IMG/VR virus record: IMGVR_UViG_3300037762_000162
Span: 1 to 51,258 of that record
Strand: one strand, 5' to 3'
Source: a virus
Lineage: Duplodnaviria > Caudoviricetes
DNA: 51,258 bases
A program made the translations under genes and the position numbers. A model generated the notes under the pieces. That model was given only the letters and a program-made list of their open reading frames with translations. It searched no databases and was not told the origin of the DNA. Of the stretch, positions 32,375-41,862 are shown one piece after another. The stretch's first letter is position 1; each line of letters begins with the position of its first letter.

Positions 32375-34549
32375 TCACAGCGCGTAGACGGGTCGCGGCC
32401 ACAGCCGCACTGCGGCACCGGTCGAGTGGGCCTTCACAACCCCGTTCACGGAGCGGGTCACGGTGAACGTCTGAAGGTTCGCGATTGCCGCGCCGATGTT
32501 GGTCACGGTCATCACCTCGCCACCGATGATGATCTGGAAGCCGTCTTCGACATCGTCCGCAGTCCACGCGGGTCCGGTCGTGGTCAGGACGTCGACCCCG
32601 GTTTCGGTGGTGGTCAGGTCCTCGTTCAGCTGCGACCCGGCCGTGTCGTACTTGTTGACGCTCGAGCCGGCCGCCGACTCGTACTCGGCGACCCGGTACG
32701 GCGACTCGGGGACACAGTTGATGGTGATGTGCCGGGAGTAGCCGCCGTCGTCGAAGGTCTCGGTGAACCCTTGCACCAGCTGCGACACGTCGTCCGGCGG
32801 CAGCCATGACGGCAGGTTCACGATGTCGATCCGGTCGCCGACATCCAGGGCGATCAGCCCAGCGGCGAGGAACGGCAGAACGCCGGGACTGTTCAGGTTG
32901 ATGTGGACCGTCGGGTACCGCGCCTCGTCGACGGTGCCCAGATGCACCCGCCACCCGGCCTGGTTCTCCAGCATGTTCCCGTCGCCGGCGACGTTGACGG
33001 TGACGGTTTCGTCGTAGCGTCCGACCCCGTTCGGCGGGGCCTGCGTCGATAGCGCCCCCGTGGCGAGGGTGGCGTTGTAGGAGGCGCCGCCGGTGCGGGA
33101 CACGGTGACGTCGTTGCGTAGGGCTTGGTCGTCGTCGACCGGGGTGAGATCCGCGAACACTCTGCTGGCGTAGTCGAAGGTGAGTGCCGCGGACTGGTTG
33201 TACAACGCCGACCGGGTCAGGTAGTGCAACCCGAGCGCGGTGCGCGGCTCGAACAGGAACCCCAGGTCGGCCGCTTCGCATTCGTGGACCAGGTCCAGGA
33301 ACCCGGCCACCGGCTGCGGACCCATCCCCGCGGACTCGTCGAGGTCGCCGGTGGACGAGAACGCCACCCCCTCCTCGACGCACAGCCGCTCGATGCGGCG
33401 GCCCGCGGTTTCGCCCACACGGCCGAGGGCCACGCCGGCGGCGGTGGTCACCGACGGCAGGCTTCCGCCGCCGACCGGGATCGTGTGCAGGACCACATGC
33501 CCGTACGCGGTCTCCGACCCGCCCGCACCCCAGGTGGTGATCTGAATCTGGCGCACGCCGTGGTTGGTGGTCGAGGTGCGGGTGCCGGACAGCACCGACA
33601 CCCCGTCCAGGTAGATGTTCCAGTTGACGCTGGTGCCGGACTGCACCACCGCGAGCCGCATGTGGTGGGTGAACTCGTCGCCGAGCTCGGGCAGCATCGC
33701 GGACGTGCCCAGCAGGGTGTCTGCCGGGGTGCCATCGTCCTCGGTGATGTGCAGGGTCAGGTCCTGGTCCGGGTCGCCGCGGGTGGTGACCTTCCAGTTG
33801 TACGCCGGGTCGCCGGATGCGCCGGGGCCGTTGTCGAACACCTCGAGGATGGTGCCGCACAGCGCGTCCCGCACCCGGAACGTCAGGTCCACGGCCCAGT
33901 CGTCGGCGGTCCTGGCCATCCGCACCGCTGCGGCCATGCGGGAGTTGCTGGCCGCCGACACACCCCTCGCGCCCGGCAGTAGCCACTCCCCCAGGTCTCC
34001 CACCCCGAACTTGACGGGGACCGCCGGGCCGCCGGTGACCGCGCCGCCGGTCTGCCGGAACGGCAGCCCACCGATGGCGGCCGCACCCTCGACAGCTTCC
34101 GGCCCGTCCTCCAACGGCCAGTACGCGGTCGGGTTGGTGGTCGGGATGAACCGGCGCGGCGCGGACTTCGGGGTGGAGCCACCCTGGCCGAGCCGGCGCA
34201 TGATCCCGGCCGCCTCGATCGGCACCCATACGTCGGTCTCGGAGGCGTTCCACTGCTGCGGCCATTCGATCACTTCGCCGACGAACCGGGCGTCGGTCTC
34301 GCCGGTCAGCCGCAGCCGGATCGGGGTGTTCCGGCCGATCTTGCCGTAGTAGATGCCGGTGGGGTTGCGCGGGGAGTAACGGCCATCGCGGTTGTTCACT
34401 TGCAGCGACAGCCTGGACGGGCCGGCCTGGTTGGCTTCGTTGGCCCGGCCGCGGGTGATCGTTATCGGGTCGCGGGCGTACACCCGGTCGGTGATGTCCG
34501 TCCACGCGGCGTCGATGAACAGTTCGACGACGATCGGTAGCAGCGGCAT
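32375..34549 (-). CDS. Minor tail protein with LamG/ConA-like insertion
   Basis: WTDIT..V...I.RGR...NNRDGRYSP.NP; PTAYWPLEDG; directly after tape measure. Confidence 0.85.
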   Translation of the reverse strand: MPLLPIVVELFIDAAWTDITDRVYARDPITITRGRANEANQAGPSRLSLQVNNRDGRYSPRNPTGIYYGKIGRNTPIRLRLTGETDARFVGEVIEWPQQWNASETDVWVPIEAAGIMRRLGQGGSTPKSAPRRFIPTTNPTAYWPLEDGPEAVEGAAAIGGLPFRQTGGAVTGGPAVPVKFGVGDLGEWLLPGARGVSAASNSRMAAAVRMARTADDWAVDLTFRVRDALCGTILEVFDNGPGASGDPAYNWKVTTRGDPDQDLTLHITEDDGTPADTLLGTSAMLPELGDEFTHHMRLAVVQSGTSVNWNIYLDGVSVLSGTRTSTTNHGVRQIQITTWGAGGSETAYGHVVLHTIPVGGGSLPSVTTAAGVALGRVGETAGRRIERLCVEEGVAFSSTGDLDESAGMGPQPVAGFLDLVHECEAADLGFLFEPRTALGLHYLTRSALYNQSAALTFDYASRVFADLTPVDDDQALRNDVTVSRTGGASYNATLATGALSTQAPPNGVGRYDETVTVNVAGDGNMLENQAGWRVHLGTVDEARYPTVHINLNSPGVLPFLAAGLIALDVGDRIDIVNLPSWLPPDDVSQLVQGFTETFDDGGYSRHITINCVPESPYRVAEYESAAGSSVNKYDTAGSQLNEDLTTTETGVDVLTTTGPAWTADDVEDGFQIIIGGEVMTVTNIGAAIANLQTFTVTRSVNGVVKAHSTGAAVRLWPRPVYAL

Positions 34550-37066
34550 CTACGAACCCAACGCGGTCTGCACGTTGCCGCCGTTGACCCGGATCACCTT
34601 CCGGAACAGCTGCAACAGCAGATCGTCTGTGTGTGAGCCGCCGGACCGGAACTCCAGCACTACACCGCCGCCGCTTCGGCCGGTGTTGATGGCCTCGAGC
34701 AGGCCACGGTTCGCGGCGGTCGCGGCGGCGTTGACGACGTACTCGCCGCCGTGCGCGTTGATCGGCACCGACCCACCGACTGGGGCGTGACTGATCATGC
34801 CGCCCTTGGCGAAGTTCCGCAGCAGGTGAACGTGTGGGCCGGTGGAGTTGCCGGTGTTCCCGGACCAGCCGATCAGCGAACCGGTGGAGACGAACCCGTC
34901 GCCGCGAGCGAACCGGGACAGGTGCGCGCCCAGCTCGTACTTTCCGCCGCCGCGCAGGGTGTAGTACATGCCGTAGGAGCGATTGCCCAGGTTGGTGTTG
35001 TCGAGGTAACCGGGGAATGTGGCCCGCAACGGGGTACCGACTGGCATCCCGTAGTCGATGGCGCCGCCGTCGTGTGGCCCCTGGGTTCTCGGATAGCTGC
35101 CGAGCCACGGCATCCCGCCCGGCCTGGTGGATCCGGAAGTGAAGAACCCGCCGAGCCCGCCGAGGCCGCCACTAGCGCGGATGGTAATGGGGATGGTCTG
35201 GCTGAGATCCTTGATCAGCTTCTGCCAGGAAGCGACCTTGACTCGTGCGGCCGTGTCCTCAAACCGGGGAGTAGTGACCGGCGCCTTCGGGATCAGCAGG
35301 ATCTGCTCGGCATAGTCCTCGGCGTCCTGCTCCGACATGCCCATCCGGATGCCGGTCTGGACTAGGGCTTCGCGCATCTGCGCCTGCGCGACGTCGGTGT
35401 TCTCACCCGCCGCGACCATGTCCTCGAGGACTCGCAGCGCCGCGTCGGCCATCCGGTCGAGGGCTTCCTCGTTGTCGCGGCCCTTCTGGCTGGAGATGTC
35501 CAGGGTGGCGCCGTTCTCCTCCAATGCCACCGCGGCGTCGTCGATGGCCTGCTCCCAGTCGCGGGCGGCGTCCCGACCGGACAGGAACTGGTCGGCCATG
35601 TCGAACGCTTCCTGCCGCAGCTCGTCGGTCTCCTCAGCCAGCGCGGCGGTCGCAGCGGCGGTGGTCTCCAACGTCGACGTGTACCTGTCGGCGGCTGCAT
35701 GGTCACGTAGGACCTCGGTGCGAAGCAGGGCCGCCTGCTGCTCCTGGCGCTCCATCTCGTCGGTGGTCTCGGAGACGACGTCAGGCAGTTCCAGCCAACT
35801 CGGCAGCAGGTCGTTGATGGCGTCCTCGACGTCACCGATGGCGGGCAGGTATCTGGTCTCCCAGATCTCGATTTCTTCGTTGAGGGTGGCGATCCAGTCC
35901 TCAGAGCCCTGGATCAGTCCACGCAGCGGCCCCTCGCCGGCGCCGCCGCCGGTGATCAGCAACTTCTCCAATTCCCCGCCGAGCCGCTCCAGGTCACCGG
36001 CGAGGTTGTCGGTCCGCCTCGCGGCCTGTTCGGCGGCGTAGCCGGAGTCGTCGACCGCCCCGGTCCAAGCCTCAATTCCCCCGGCGCCCTGCTCGTACAG
36101 CACGTTGGCGGCGCGGATGGCGTCGTTGCCGAAGATGGTCGCCAGCGCGGCGTTGCGCTGCTCCTGCGTTAGCCCACCCAGTTGCGTCTGCAACTGCCCA
36201 GCCAGAGCCTCCATCCCGACGAACGCGCCCTGCGCGTCGTACGCGGACAGGCCCAACTCCTCCATCAGGTCACGGGCCTTGCCGGTCGGGTTCGCCAGCC
36301 GGATCAGCATCGTCCGGAACGAGGTGCCCGCGTCGGAACCGATCAGGCCGGTCGACGCGAACGCCGCCAGGGTGCCAGTAGTCTCCTCGATCGACAGGCC
36401 CATCATGCTGGCGACCTGGGCGGTCTGGTTGAACGCCATCGCCATCTCATCGACCGAGCCCTGCGCCTTGCCGGCGGCGGCGGCGAACAGGTCCGCCACA
36501 TGCGGCAGGTCCCGCCCGGACAGGCCGAAGGTGGTCATGGCGGAGGCGGCGATCTCGCCGGCCTCGGCGACCTCGATTTCACCGGCGGCGGCCAGGTCCA
36601 ACGCGCCCTTGAGCCCGCCGCCGACGATGTCCGCAGTTTCCAGGCCGGCCTTGGCGAGGGATTCGATGCCGCGGGCCGCGTCGATGGCGCCGAACTTCGT
36701 CTCCGCCGCAGCCTTCATCGCCGTGTCGCCGAGCTGCTCGAGCTCGGAACCGGTGGCGCCGGTGGAGGCGGCCACCGCGTCCATTGCCACGTCGAACTCG
36801 GCGAACCGCTTCACCGACGCAGCCACGGCCAGGCCGACCCCGGCGAACGCCGTCCCGCCGACCGTGGCAAGGGCGCCGAACTTCCCCGGCAGCATCCCCA
36901 CCGTCTGGCCCAGCTTGGTGGTCTTGGCGGTGACGCCAGACAGTTGCGCGTCGGTGTTGCGGGCGAACGCGGTGGTGACACCGGACGCCTTGCCGAAGGC
37001 GGCGATGTAGGGGGTGACGAGTGCGTCGAGACGGACAAGGACGCTCCGAACTGTGGGCGCCATCAC
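34550..37066 (-). CDS. Tape measure protein with C-terminal M23 peptidase domain
   Basis: TP901-like Ala/Gly helical core; H...IDY.MPVGTP...AHLS...IGWSGNTGNSTGPHVH. Confidence 0.92.
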   Translation of the reverse strand: MMAPTVRSVLVRLDALVTPYIAAFGKASGVTTAFARNTDAQLSGVTAKTTKLGQTVGMLPGKFGALATVGGTAFAGVGLAVAASVKRFAEFDVAMDAVAASTGATGSELEQLGDTAMKAAAETKFGAIDAARGIESLAKAGLETADIVGGGLKGALDLAAAGEIEVAEAGEIAASAMTTFGLSGRDLPHVADLFAAAAGKAQGSVDEMAMAFNQTAQVASMMGLSIEETTGTLAAFASTGLIGSDAGTSFRTMLIRLANPTGKARDLMEELGLSAYDAQGAFVGMEALAGQLQTQLGGLTQEQRNAALATIFGNDAIRAANVLYEQGAGGIEAWTGAVDDSGYAAEQAARRTDNLAGDLERLGGELEKLLITGGGAGEGPLRGLIQGSEDWIATLNEEIEIWETRYLPAIGDVEDAINDLLPSWLELPDVVSETTDEMERQEQQAALLRTEVLRDHAAADRYTSTLETTAAATAALAEETDELRQEAFDMADQFLSGRDAARDWEQAIDDAAVALEENGATLDISSQKGRDNEEALDRMADAALRVLEDMVAAGENTDVAQAQMREALVQTGIRMGMSEQDAEDYAEQILLIPKAPVTTPRFEDTAARVKVASWQKLIKDLSQTIPITIRASGGLGGLGGFFTSGSTRPGGMPWLGSYPRTQGPHDGGAIDYGMPVGTPLRATFPGYLDNTNLGNRSYGMYYTLRGGGKYELGAHLSRFARGDGFVSTGSLIGWSGNTGNSTGPHVHLLRNFAKGGMISHAPVGGSVPINAHGGEYVVNAAATAANRGLLEAINTGRSGGGVVLEFRSGGSHTDDLLLQLFRKVIRVNGGNVQTALGS

Positions 37067-37419
37067 ACCTCCTGACGCAGTTCGGCCCGGTACATCAGGG
37101 CCTCCGAATGCTCGGCCTTCCTGTTCGCCTCAATAGCGATCGCGGTCCGCGCGTGGCAGCGGGCCATATGCACGTCGAACCGGCCTTCGTTCTCCGGCGC
37201 TTGGCTGACCTCGACCAGATGCCCGCAGCCGCACGGGCACAGCATCCGCCGGTATTCGCCGAGGGCGACCATCCACGCCCGCTCCTGGTCGTTCCACTCC
37301 GACTCCCGGCCGGCGGGGGTCCAGCCGTAGAACCGTCTCAGGCTGATGCCGAGTCGCTCGGCGGTTTCGACGTCTCGTCGGAGCTCGGGGAGGTCGGCGA
37401 GCCGTCGGGCGATTTTGGG
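37063..37419 (-). CDS. Tail assembly chaperone, -1 frame extension (gpGT-like)
   Basis: Open -1 frame PKIARRLAD...CPCGCGH... from slippery site to tape measure start. Confidence 0.8.
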   Translation of the reverse strand, partial: PKIARRLADLPELRRDVETAERLGISLRRFYGWTPAGRESEWNDQERAWMVALGEYRRMLCPCGCGHLVEVSQAPENEGRFDVHMARCHARTAIAIEANRKAEHSEALMYRAELRQEV

Positions 37420-37847
37420 ATCTGCACCGTCCCCGTGTTCACCGCCTCGACTAGGGCGCACACCTTCGCCCAGTCGCCTTCGGAGATGACCGCGTCCAGC
37501 TTCTCGAACTGGTCCCGGGTCAGGTCCGGCAGGCACAGCGGCACGACCACCGCCCAGAAGGTGGACACGTTCACCCCGCGGCGGCGGTCCTCGGCGACCC
37601 CGTCGCGCGGGGGGTGGGCGATGACGTACTCGGCCCACTCGCGGTGCGGCAGGGCACGGACCCGGGTGGTCAGTGTGGCTGCACGGATCTGCCGGTCGAA
37701 GTCGTCCAGGTCCGCCTGCTTGTCGGGGTAGGCAGTGCCGTCCTCGAGCCGCTTCCGGGCGTGCGGCAGATCCGGCGGACCCAGGTAGACCTCGACTGGC
37801 AGTTCGGCGCGTTGCGCGTTGGCGAGCAGGGCGTTGACGTCGGTCAC
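37338..37847 (-). CDS. Tail assembly chaperone (gpG-like)
   Basis: RALP..EW......HPPR; position before tape measure; slippery site. Confidence 0.85.
   Translation of the reverse strand: MTDVNALLANAQRAELPVEVYLGPPDLPHARKRLEDGTAYPDKQADLDDFDRQIRAATLTTRVRALPHREWAEYVIAHPPRDGVAEDRRRGVNVSTFWAVVVPLCLPDLTRDQFEKLDAVISEGDWAKVCALVEAVNTGTVQIPKSPDGSPTSPSSDETSKPPSDSASA
37413..37419 (-). other. Programmed -1 frameshift slippery heptamer C CCA AAA
   Basis: X XXY YYZ in the correct phase (ATC CCA AAA). Confidence 0.85.
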
Positions 37848-38206
37848 ACCGATACCTGCCGGTAGTCGGCAACAGTGCGGCGGATAGCGGATAGCCGCTC
37901 CGCGGGCGTCGCATTGCCAGCGTCTAAGTACTCCTGGTCGGCAAGTTTGCCGATGACGCCGAGAGCGTGCTGTAGCTGCGATTCATCCAGCGGCGCAGTT
38001 GGCGTCGTTCTGATCTCGATGCCGGCCAGCGTCGGCATCACGTCGAGCAGCCGCGTATCGCCGACACGCTCCACATGGATCACCACGACATCGTTCATCT
38101 TCGCGTCAATGACGATGCGGCGGATCTTGTCGTCCTCGCGGGTGACGCCAGCGTCGACCAACGCCTGGTGCCACTTCTTGGCGGTGATGGGCAGAGCCTG
38201 TTCCAT
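37844..38206 (-). CDS. Hypothetical protein between major tail and chaperone genes
   Basis: GGAGG RBS; ATGA-coupled to chaperone. Confidence 0.65.
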   Translation of the reverse strand: MEQALPITAKKWHQALVDAGVTREDDKIRRIVIDAKMNDVVVIHVERVGDTRLLDVMPTLAGIEIRTTPTAPLDESQLQHALGVIGKLADQEYLDAGNATPAERLSAIRRTVADYRQVSV

Positions 38207-38212
38207 GATTCC

Positions 38213-38277
38213 TCCCCAGCATCCCAGCAGACAGAAAGAGGGCGGGCGCGGTCCTGCTGGGGAAACCGCGCCCGCCC
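38213..38277 (-). promoter_or_regulatory. Hairpin/terminator with loop complementary to downstream RBS region
   Basis: 13-bp stem 38240-38252/38265-38277; loop pairs with 38213-38221 or 38223-38230. Confidence 0.65.
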
Positions 38278-38292
38278 AGCAAAAGGAGGAGA

Positions 38293-38772
38293 TCAGGTGG
38301 TCGTGGCGCGCAGGTTCGGCTCCGGGGAGATGAACACCGGCACCAGGTACTTCTGCACCGAGTTCGGCTCCGGGTCCTGGTTCTGCACCTCGCCGCACAC
38401 CACCGGGTACACCTCCACCACCTGCGACGCAGCCCACGCCGTCGACGCCGTGATGCCTCGGCGGACCACGATGTTCGTGGAGAACTCGCGGATCAGCGTG
38501 TTGTAATTGGTGTCCGTGCCGGACTGCTTCTTGAGCATCAGCCCGGTGTTGGTGTAGTCGGTGCGGCCCGGCGCCTTCGTGTTGAACGTCGACGACAGCG
38601 CCGAGGTGTCCACCGCCGCGGTCTCCGGGGCGAACCCGCGAAGCCCGTCCGCGGTGAGCACGTCGTGGAGCAGGGTGCCGGCGTTGAGCTCGGCGGTGGT
38701 GGGGGCGTTGCGGTTGGAGATCGACGTGACGAACGCAACCCTCGTCTTACCGTCGATGATGATGTCGGCCAT
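38293..38772 (-). CDS. Major tail protein
   Basis: DGKTRVAFV..I....APT.AELNAG...VVRRG...VEVYPV.CG actinophage tail-tube pattern. Confidence 0.85.
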   Translation of the reverse strand: MADIIIDGKTRVAFVTSISNRNAPTTAELNAGTLLHDVLTADGLRGFAPETAAVDTSALSSTFNTKAPGRTDYTNTGLMLKKQSGTDTNYNTLIREFSTNIVVRRGITASTAWAASQVVEVYPVVCGEVQNQDPEPNSVQKYLVPVFISPEPNLRATTT

Positions 38773-38775
38773 CTG

Positions 38776-39204
38776 CTACTCCTCGTTGTCGGGCTCGACG
38801 GTGGCGATGTCGTCTTCGCTGAGACGATCGATCAGTTCGGGCTTCGTGCCCGACGTAGGCAGGCCACGCTCCTTCAGTTCGGCCTTGAGGTCGGCGACCT
38901 TCTTGTCCTCCAGCGCCGCCACAGCGGAGGTCTGCACCCAGCCGTTGCCGGCCCAGTCGCCGTACACCTCGACCGGCACCCGAGCGTTGCCGCCAGTCTC
39001 GGAGTGCTGCACGTACACCCACCCCTGGCCGCGGTCGTCGACCTCGTCGGCGTCGACTTCACCCTGTTCGGGTGATGCGCCCGGCTCGTCCACCTGCTCC
39101 CAGCCGCGGGCCTTCTGCACGGCGATCACCGACGGATCGTTGGGGAACCGCTGCGGCGGCGCCTCGGTGTCCGGGTGGTCCAGCCACACCCATGGGTCAG
39201 CCAT
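38776..39204 (-). CDS. SAP-domain protein
   Basis: LEDKKVADLKAELKERGLPTSGTKPELIDRL. Confidence 0.85.
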   Translation of the reverse strand: MADPWVWLDHPDTEAPPQRFPNDPSVIAVQKARGWEQVDEPGASPEQGEVDADEVDDRGQGWVYVQHSETGGNARVPVEVYGDWAGNGWVQTSAVAALEDKKVADLKAELKERGLPTSGTKPELIDRLSEDDIATVEPDNEE

Positions 39205-39207
39205 CGG

Positions 39208-39531
39208 TCACGTCCTCACCAATGCGGCGGTCACGTTGGTCACCTGCGAGAAGGTCACGGTGATCAGCCCGGTCGACGGGTCGGCCAAGTCAGGGACGAG
39301 GCCGCCGATGTACCGGGTCTGGTTCGTCGCCGCGGATAGCACCACCACGTCGGCGCGGGCCTGCCCGTACTGGGTGCCGGGGACGACGACGGTGACAGTT
39401 GTGGAGGTGGCGCCGACGACCACCACGTAGATGCAGTCGACGTCGGGGACGATGGTCTCCGACGTGGTGGGCGCGGCGAAGGTCACGGTGGTTCCCGTGA
39501 TGGCCGCGGTTTGGGGGACAACGAGCGCCAT
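39208..39531 (-). CDS. Small beta-rich virion protein
   Basis: Thr/Val-rich, GAGGAGG RBS, in structural operon. Confidence 0.7.
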   Translation of the reverse strand: MALVVPQTAAITGTTVTFAAPTTSETIVPDVDCIYVVVVGATSTTVTVVVPGTQYGQARADVVVLSAATNQTRYIGGLVPDLADPSTGLITVTFSQVTNVTAALVRT

Positions 39532-39567
39532 GCGACGCCTCCTCGGCGTGTGGTGTTGGACGGGATG

Positions 39568-39939
39568 TCAGACGAGGCGTTGCGGTCCGAAGGTGGCTTT
39601 GGCCACCCGGTCGGCGACCTTGTCCGGTAGATCCGTCTCAGCGGCGATCGCCGGCTCCATGAACGGGTACGCGGGCATCTTCTTCGTGCCGCGCTCGAGG
39701 AACCGGCCCACGAACCAGGTCGGGCCGACTTCGTAGGTCATGCCCTTGTTCTTCACGCCGTAGGTGATCGAGTGCGCGGTCTTCCCGGTGCGTTTGCGGA
39801 CCTTGTCCCGGCCGCGGCCGCGGACCCGTTTCGCTGCCTCCCGCAGTTCCGGGGTCACCGTCTGCCGTACGTTCGTCCCGGCCCTGGCCAGCTCGGCGGC
39901 CAGCAGCTGCACCTGCCGGGTGTCCGCTTTGACCTGCAT
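39568..39939 (-). CDS. HK97 gp10-like tail completion protein
   Basis: RTG....SI...FLERGTKKMPAYPFMEPA. Confidence 0.85.
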   Translation of the reverse strand: MQVKADTRQVQLLAAELARAGTNVRQTVTPELREAAKRVRGRGRDKVRKRTGKTAHSITYGVKNKGMTYEVGPTWFVGRFLERGTKKMPAYPFMEPAIAAETDLPDKVADRVAKATFGPQRLV

Positions 39940-40385
39940 CAGAGGAAGGCGATGCAGGACACGTCGAACGAGATGTCCACCACTCCGCCGGACTCCTGGA
40001 CGAAGTACTGCGCGATCGATGCGGACGACACCTGCGCCTGGGCCACCGCCCCCAATAGGGTCGGGTCTTGCCGGATCGCCGCCGTGACTTCCTCGTAGAA
40101 TCCGACCGCCCGCTCACGCAGCGGCCGAAGGGCCATGTCGCCGCCGACCACGGACACCATGCACGCGACGGCGAACCGCTCCTCGTCGGTGGTGACGAAT
40201 CCCTCGGCGTGCTCCACTCGCACCCCGGCATTGACCTCAGTGGACGCCCCAGCGTCCCGCTGCCAGCCGACGATGATGCAGTCCTCGTCCTGCCACACCC
40301 CGACCGGTGGGCCGTCGACAACCTTCGGCCCGACCAGGCCCATCATCAGGACCAGTTTGTCGATCGCCGCCGGGATCGCGCTCAT
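39939..40385 (-). CDS. Neck/tail terminator-like protein
   Basis: Size, position, IRQDPTL.GAV pattern. Confidence 0.65.
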   Translation of the reverse strand: MSAIPAAIDKLVLMMGLVGPKVVDGPPVGVWQDEDCIIVGWQRDAGASTEVNAGVRVEHAEGFVTTDEERFAVACMVSVVGGDMALRPLRERAVGFYEEVTAAIRQDPTLLGAVAQAQVSSASIAQYFVQESGGVVDISFDVSCIAFL

Positions 40386-41260
40386 GCGAATACTGCCCGC
40401 TGCTGGCGGGTGTGCCGCTCGTACACGGCGTCCACATCCGGGACACCGGTCAGTTGCTTGCCGGGCATGGACAGCCGGAACGTGCCGCCCTCGGTGACCG
40501 TGAACGACACGGCCCGGTCCGGAACCCCGGACATCGGCATGGCAATCCGGGACCGCAGCCGCAGGATCGCCGCCTCGGACAGTTCGGACGGCGGGTAGTC
40601 GAGGCCGTGCTCGTATTCGACGACGATGTTGCCGGTCCCGGCGGGCCACAGCGCCCCACCGGGTCGTTTGATGATCCCGAAGTCGGTGAAGCCGAGGGCG
40701 GCCACGTCGGGCGCCGACCATGCGGTGCCGTCGATGGACACGGCCCGAACGGCGCGGATCTCGCTGCCGCGGCCGTCGGTGTTGGGGATCGGTAGCCGGT
40801 CGGTGTCGTTGCCGGACAGGGTGGCCCGGTTGAAGCGGGGCACGAACGCGCGGCGGCAGATCCGCTCGCACTCCTGCTCCACCTCAAGCCGCTTCGCCGC
40901 CAGCCGCGTCGACGGGTAGTCGGTGGTGTTGGCGAGGCCAGGGTGCGCGGCGCGGGCCTCGGCGAGCCCGAACAGGAACCCGCCGGCGACCTCCACGTAG
41001 TCGCGGACGGACACGATCGCGCCGGCCAGGCTGCCGGACCAGTCCACCGTCAGCGTGTCGACCGTCGCCTGCTCCGGCACAACGAACGCGTAGACGCCGG
41101 CCGGGCCGGGCTGGGTCGCGCTGCCGGAGACGACCGTGGTCCCGTCGAGCCGCTTGATGGTGACAGTGACGGCGCCGGATGCGTCGGTGGGGGTCTCGTC
41201 GACGTAGAACGTGTGGGTCAGGGTGACCTCGGTGGTGACCAGGATCCGGATCAGCGACAT
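40382..41260 (-). CDS. Head-to-tail adaptor with extra N-terminal Ig-like domain
   Basis: E.ERIC.R.F.PR...V.YEHG...P..L.EA...TG.PDVDAV..R; ~90 aa beta-rich N-terminal extension. Confidence 0.75.
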   Translation of the reverse strand: MSLIRILVTTEVTLTHTFYVDETPTDASGAVTVTIKRLDGTTVVSGSATQPGPAGVYAFVVPEQATVDTLTVDWSGSLAGAIVSVRDYVEVAGGFLFGLAEARAAHPGLANTTDYPSTRLAAKRLEVEQECERICRRAFVPRFNRATLSGNDTDRLPIPNTDGRGSEIRAVRAVSIDGTAWSAPDVAALGFTDFGIIKRPGGALWPAGTGNIVVEYEHGLDYPPSELSEAAILRLRSRIAMPMSGVPDRAVSFTVTEGGTFRLSMPGKQLTGVPDVDAVYERHTRQQRAVFA

Positions 41261-41862
41261 CAGCTCACCGCCTGTCCACTGGTCGCCGCCTCGAAAATCT
41301 TCCGGTCGTGTTCCATGCGCTCCCGCTGGGTCATGCCCGCACCGCGACCCGGTGCCGCCCAATGGTGGGTGAACTGGAATGCGCGGCGGACGACGGTGAG
41401 ATAGCCGGCCTGAGCGCCGCGCCAGGAGATCCAGTTGTCCGTGTAGTAGTGGCAGTCCAAACTGGGGCCGATCTTGTCCCATTGCTCCCGGGACATGAAC
41501 GGGATCACCGACATGTCGACGATGGCCTTGTCAGGCAACTCGCGCCCGTGAACTCCGCAGTAGTCGCAGTAATCACGCTCACCATCCGTCCGGATGATTC
41601 TCGGAGCGGGAAGGTAGCCCCGATGGACCGCCTCCAATGCGGGGTCGAGCCAACCGTCGTGCGGTTCGAGGTCATCGGCGGTGAAGTGGATGTAGTCGCC
41701 CTTGGCCTGTTCCGCACCTTCATTCCAAGCCAGACCACACGTGGGGCGATCACGGATGGTGATGAACTCGATCCGGTCACCGGCGGTCCGCTCGTAGGCG
41801 GCCACACAACGGGCGTAGTGCTCCTCCCGACCAGCGATGGTCGGGCAGACCACACTGATCAC
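41260..41862 (-). CDS. Glycosyltransferase (GT-A, family 2-like)
   Basis: ISVVCPT...WNEGAEQAKGDYIHFTADD...YYTD. Confidence 0.88.
   Translation of the reverse strand: MISVVCPTIAGREEHYARCVAAYERTAGDRIEFITIRDRPTCGLAWNEGAEQAKGDYIHFTADDLEPHDGWLDPALEAVHRGYLPAPRIIRTDGERDYCDYCGVHGRELPDKAIVDMSVIPFMSREQWDKIGPSLDCHYYTDNWISWRGAQAGYLTVVRRAFQFTHHWAAPGRGAGMTQRERMEHDRKIFEAATSGQAVS

Noticed and set aside
32346-35108. 920-aa Arg-rich ORF
   Set aside because: Alternative-frame artefact of high GC overlapping the minor tail and tape measure genes
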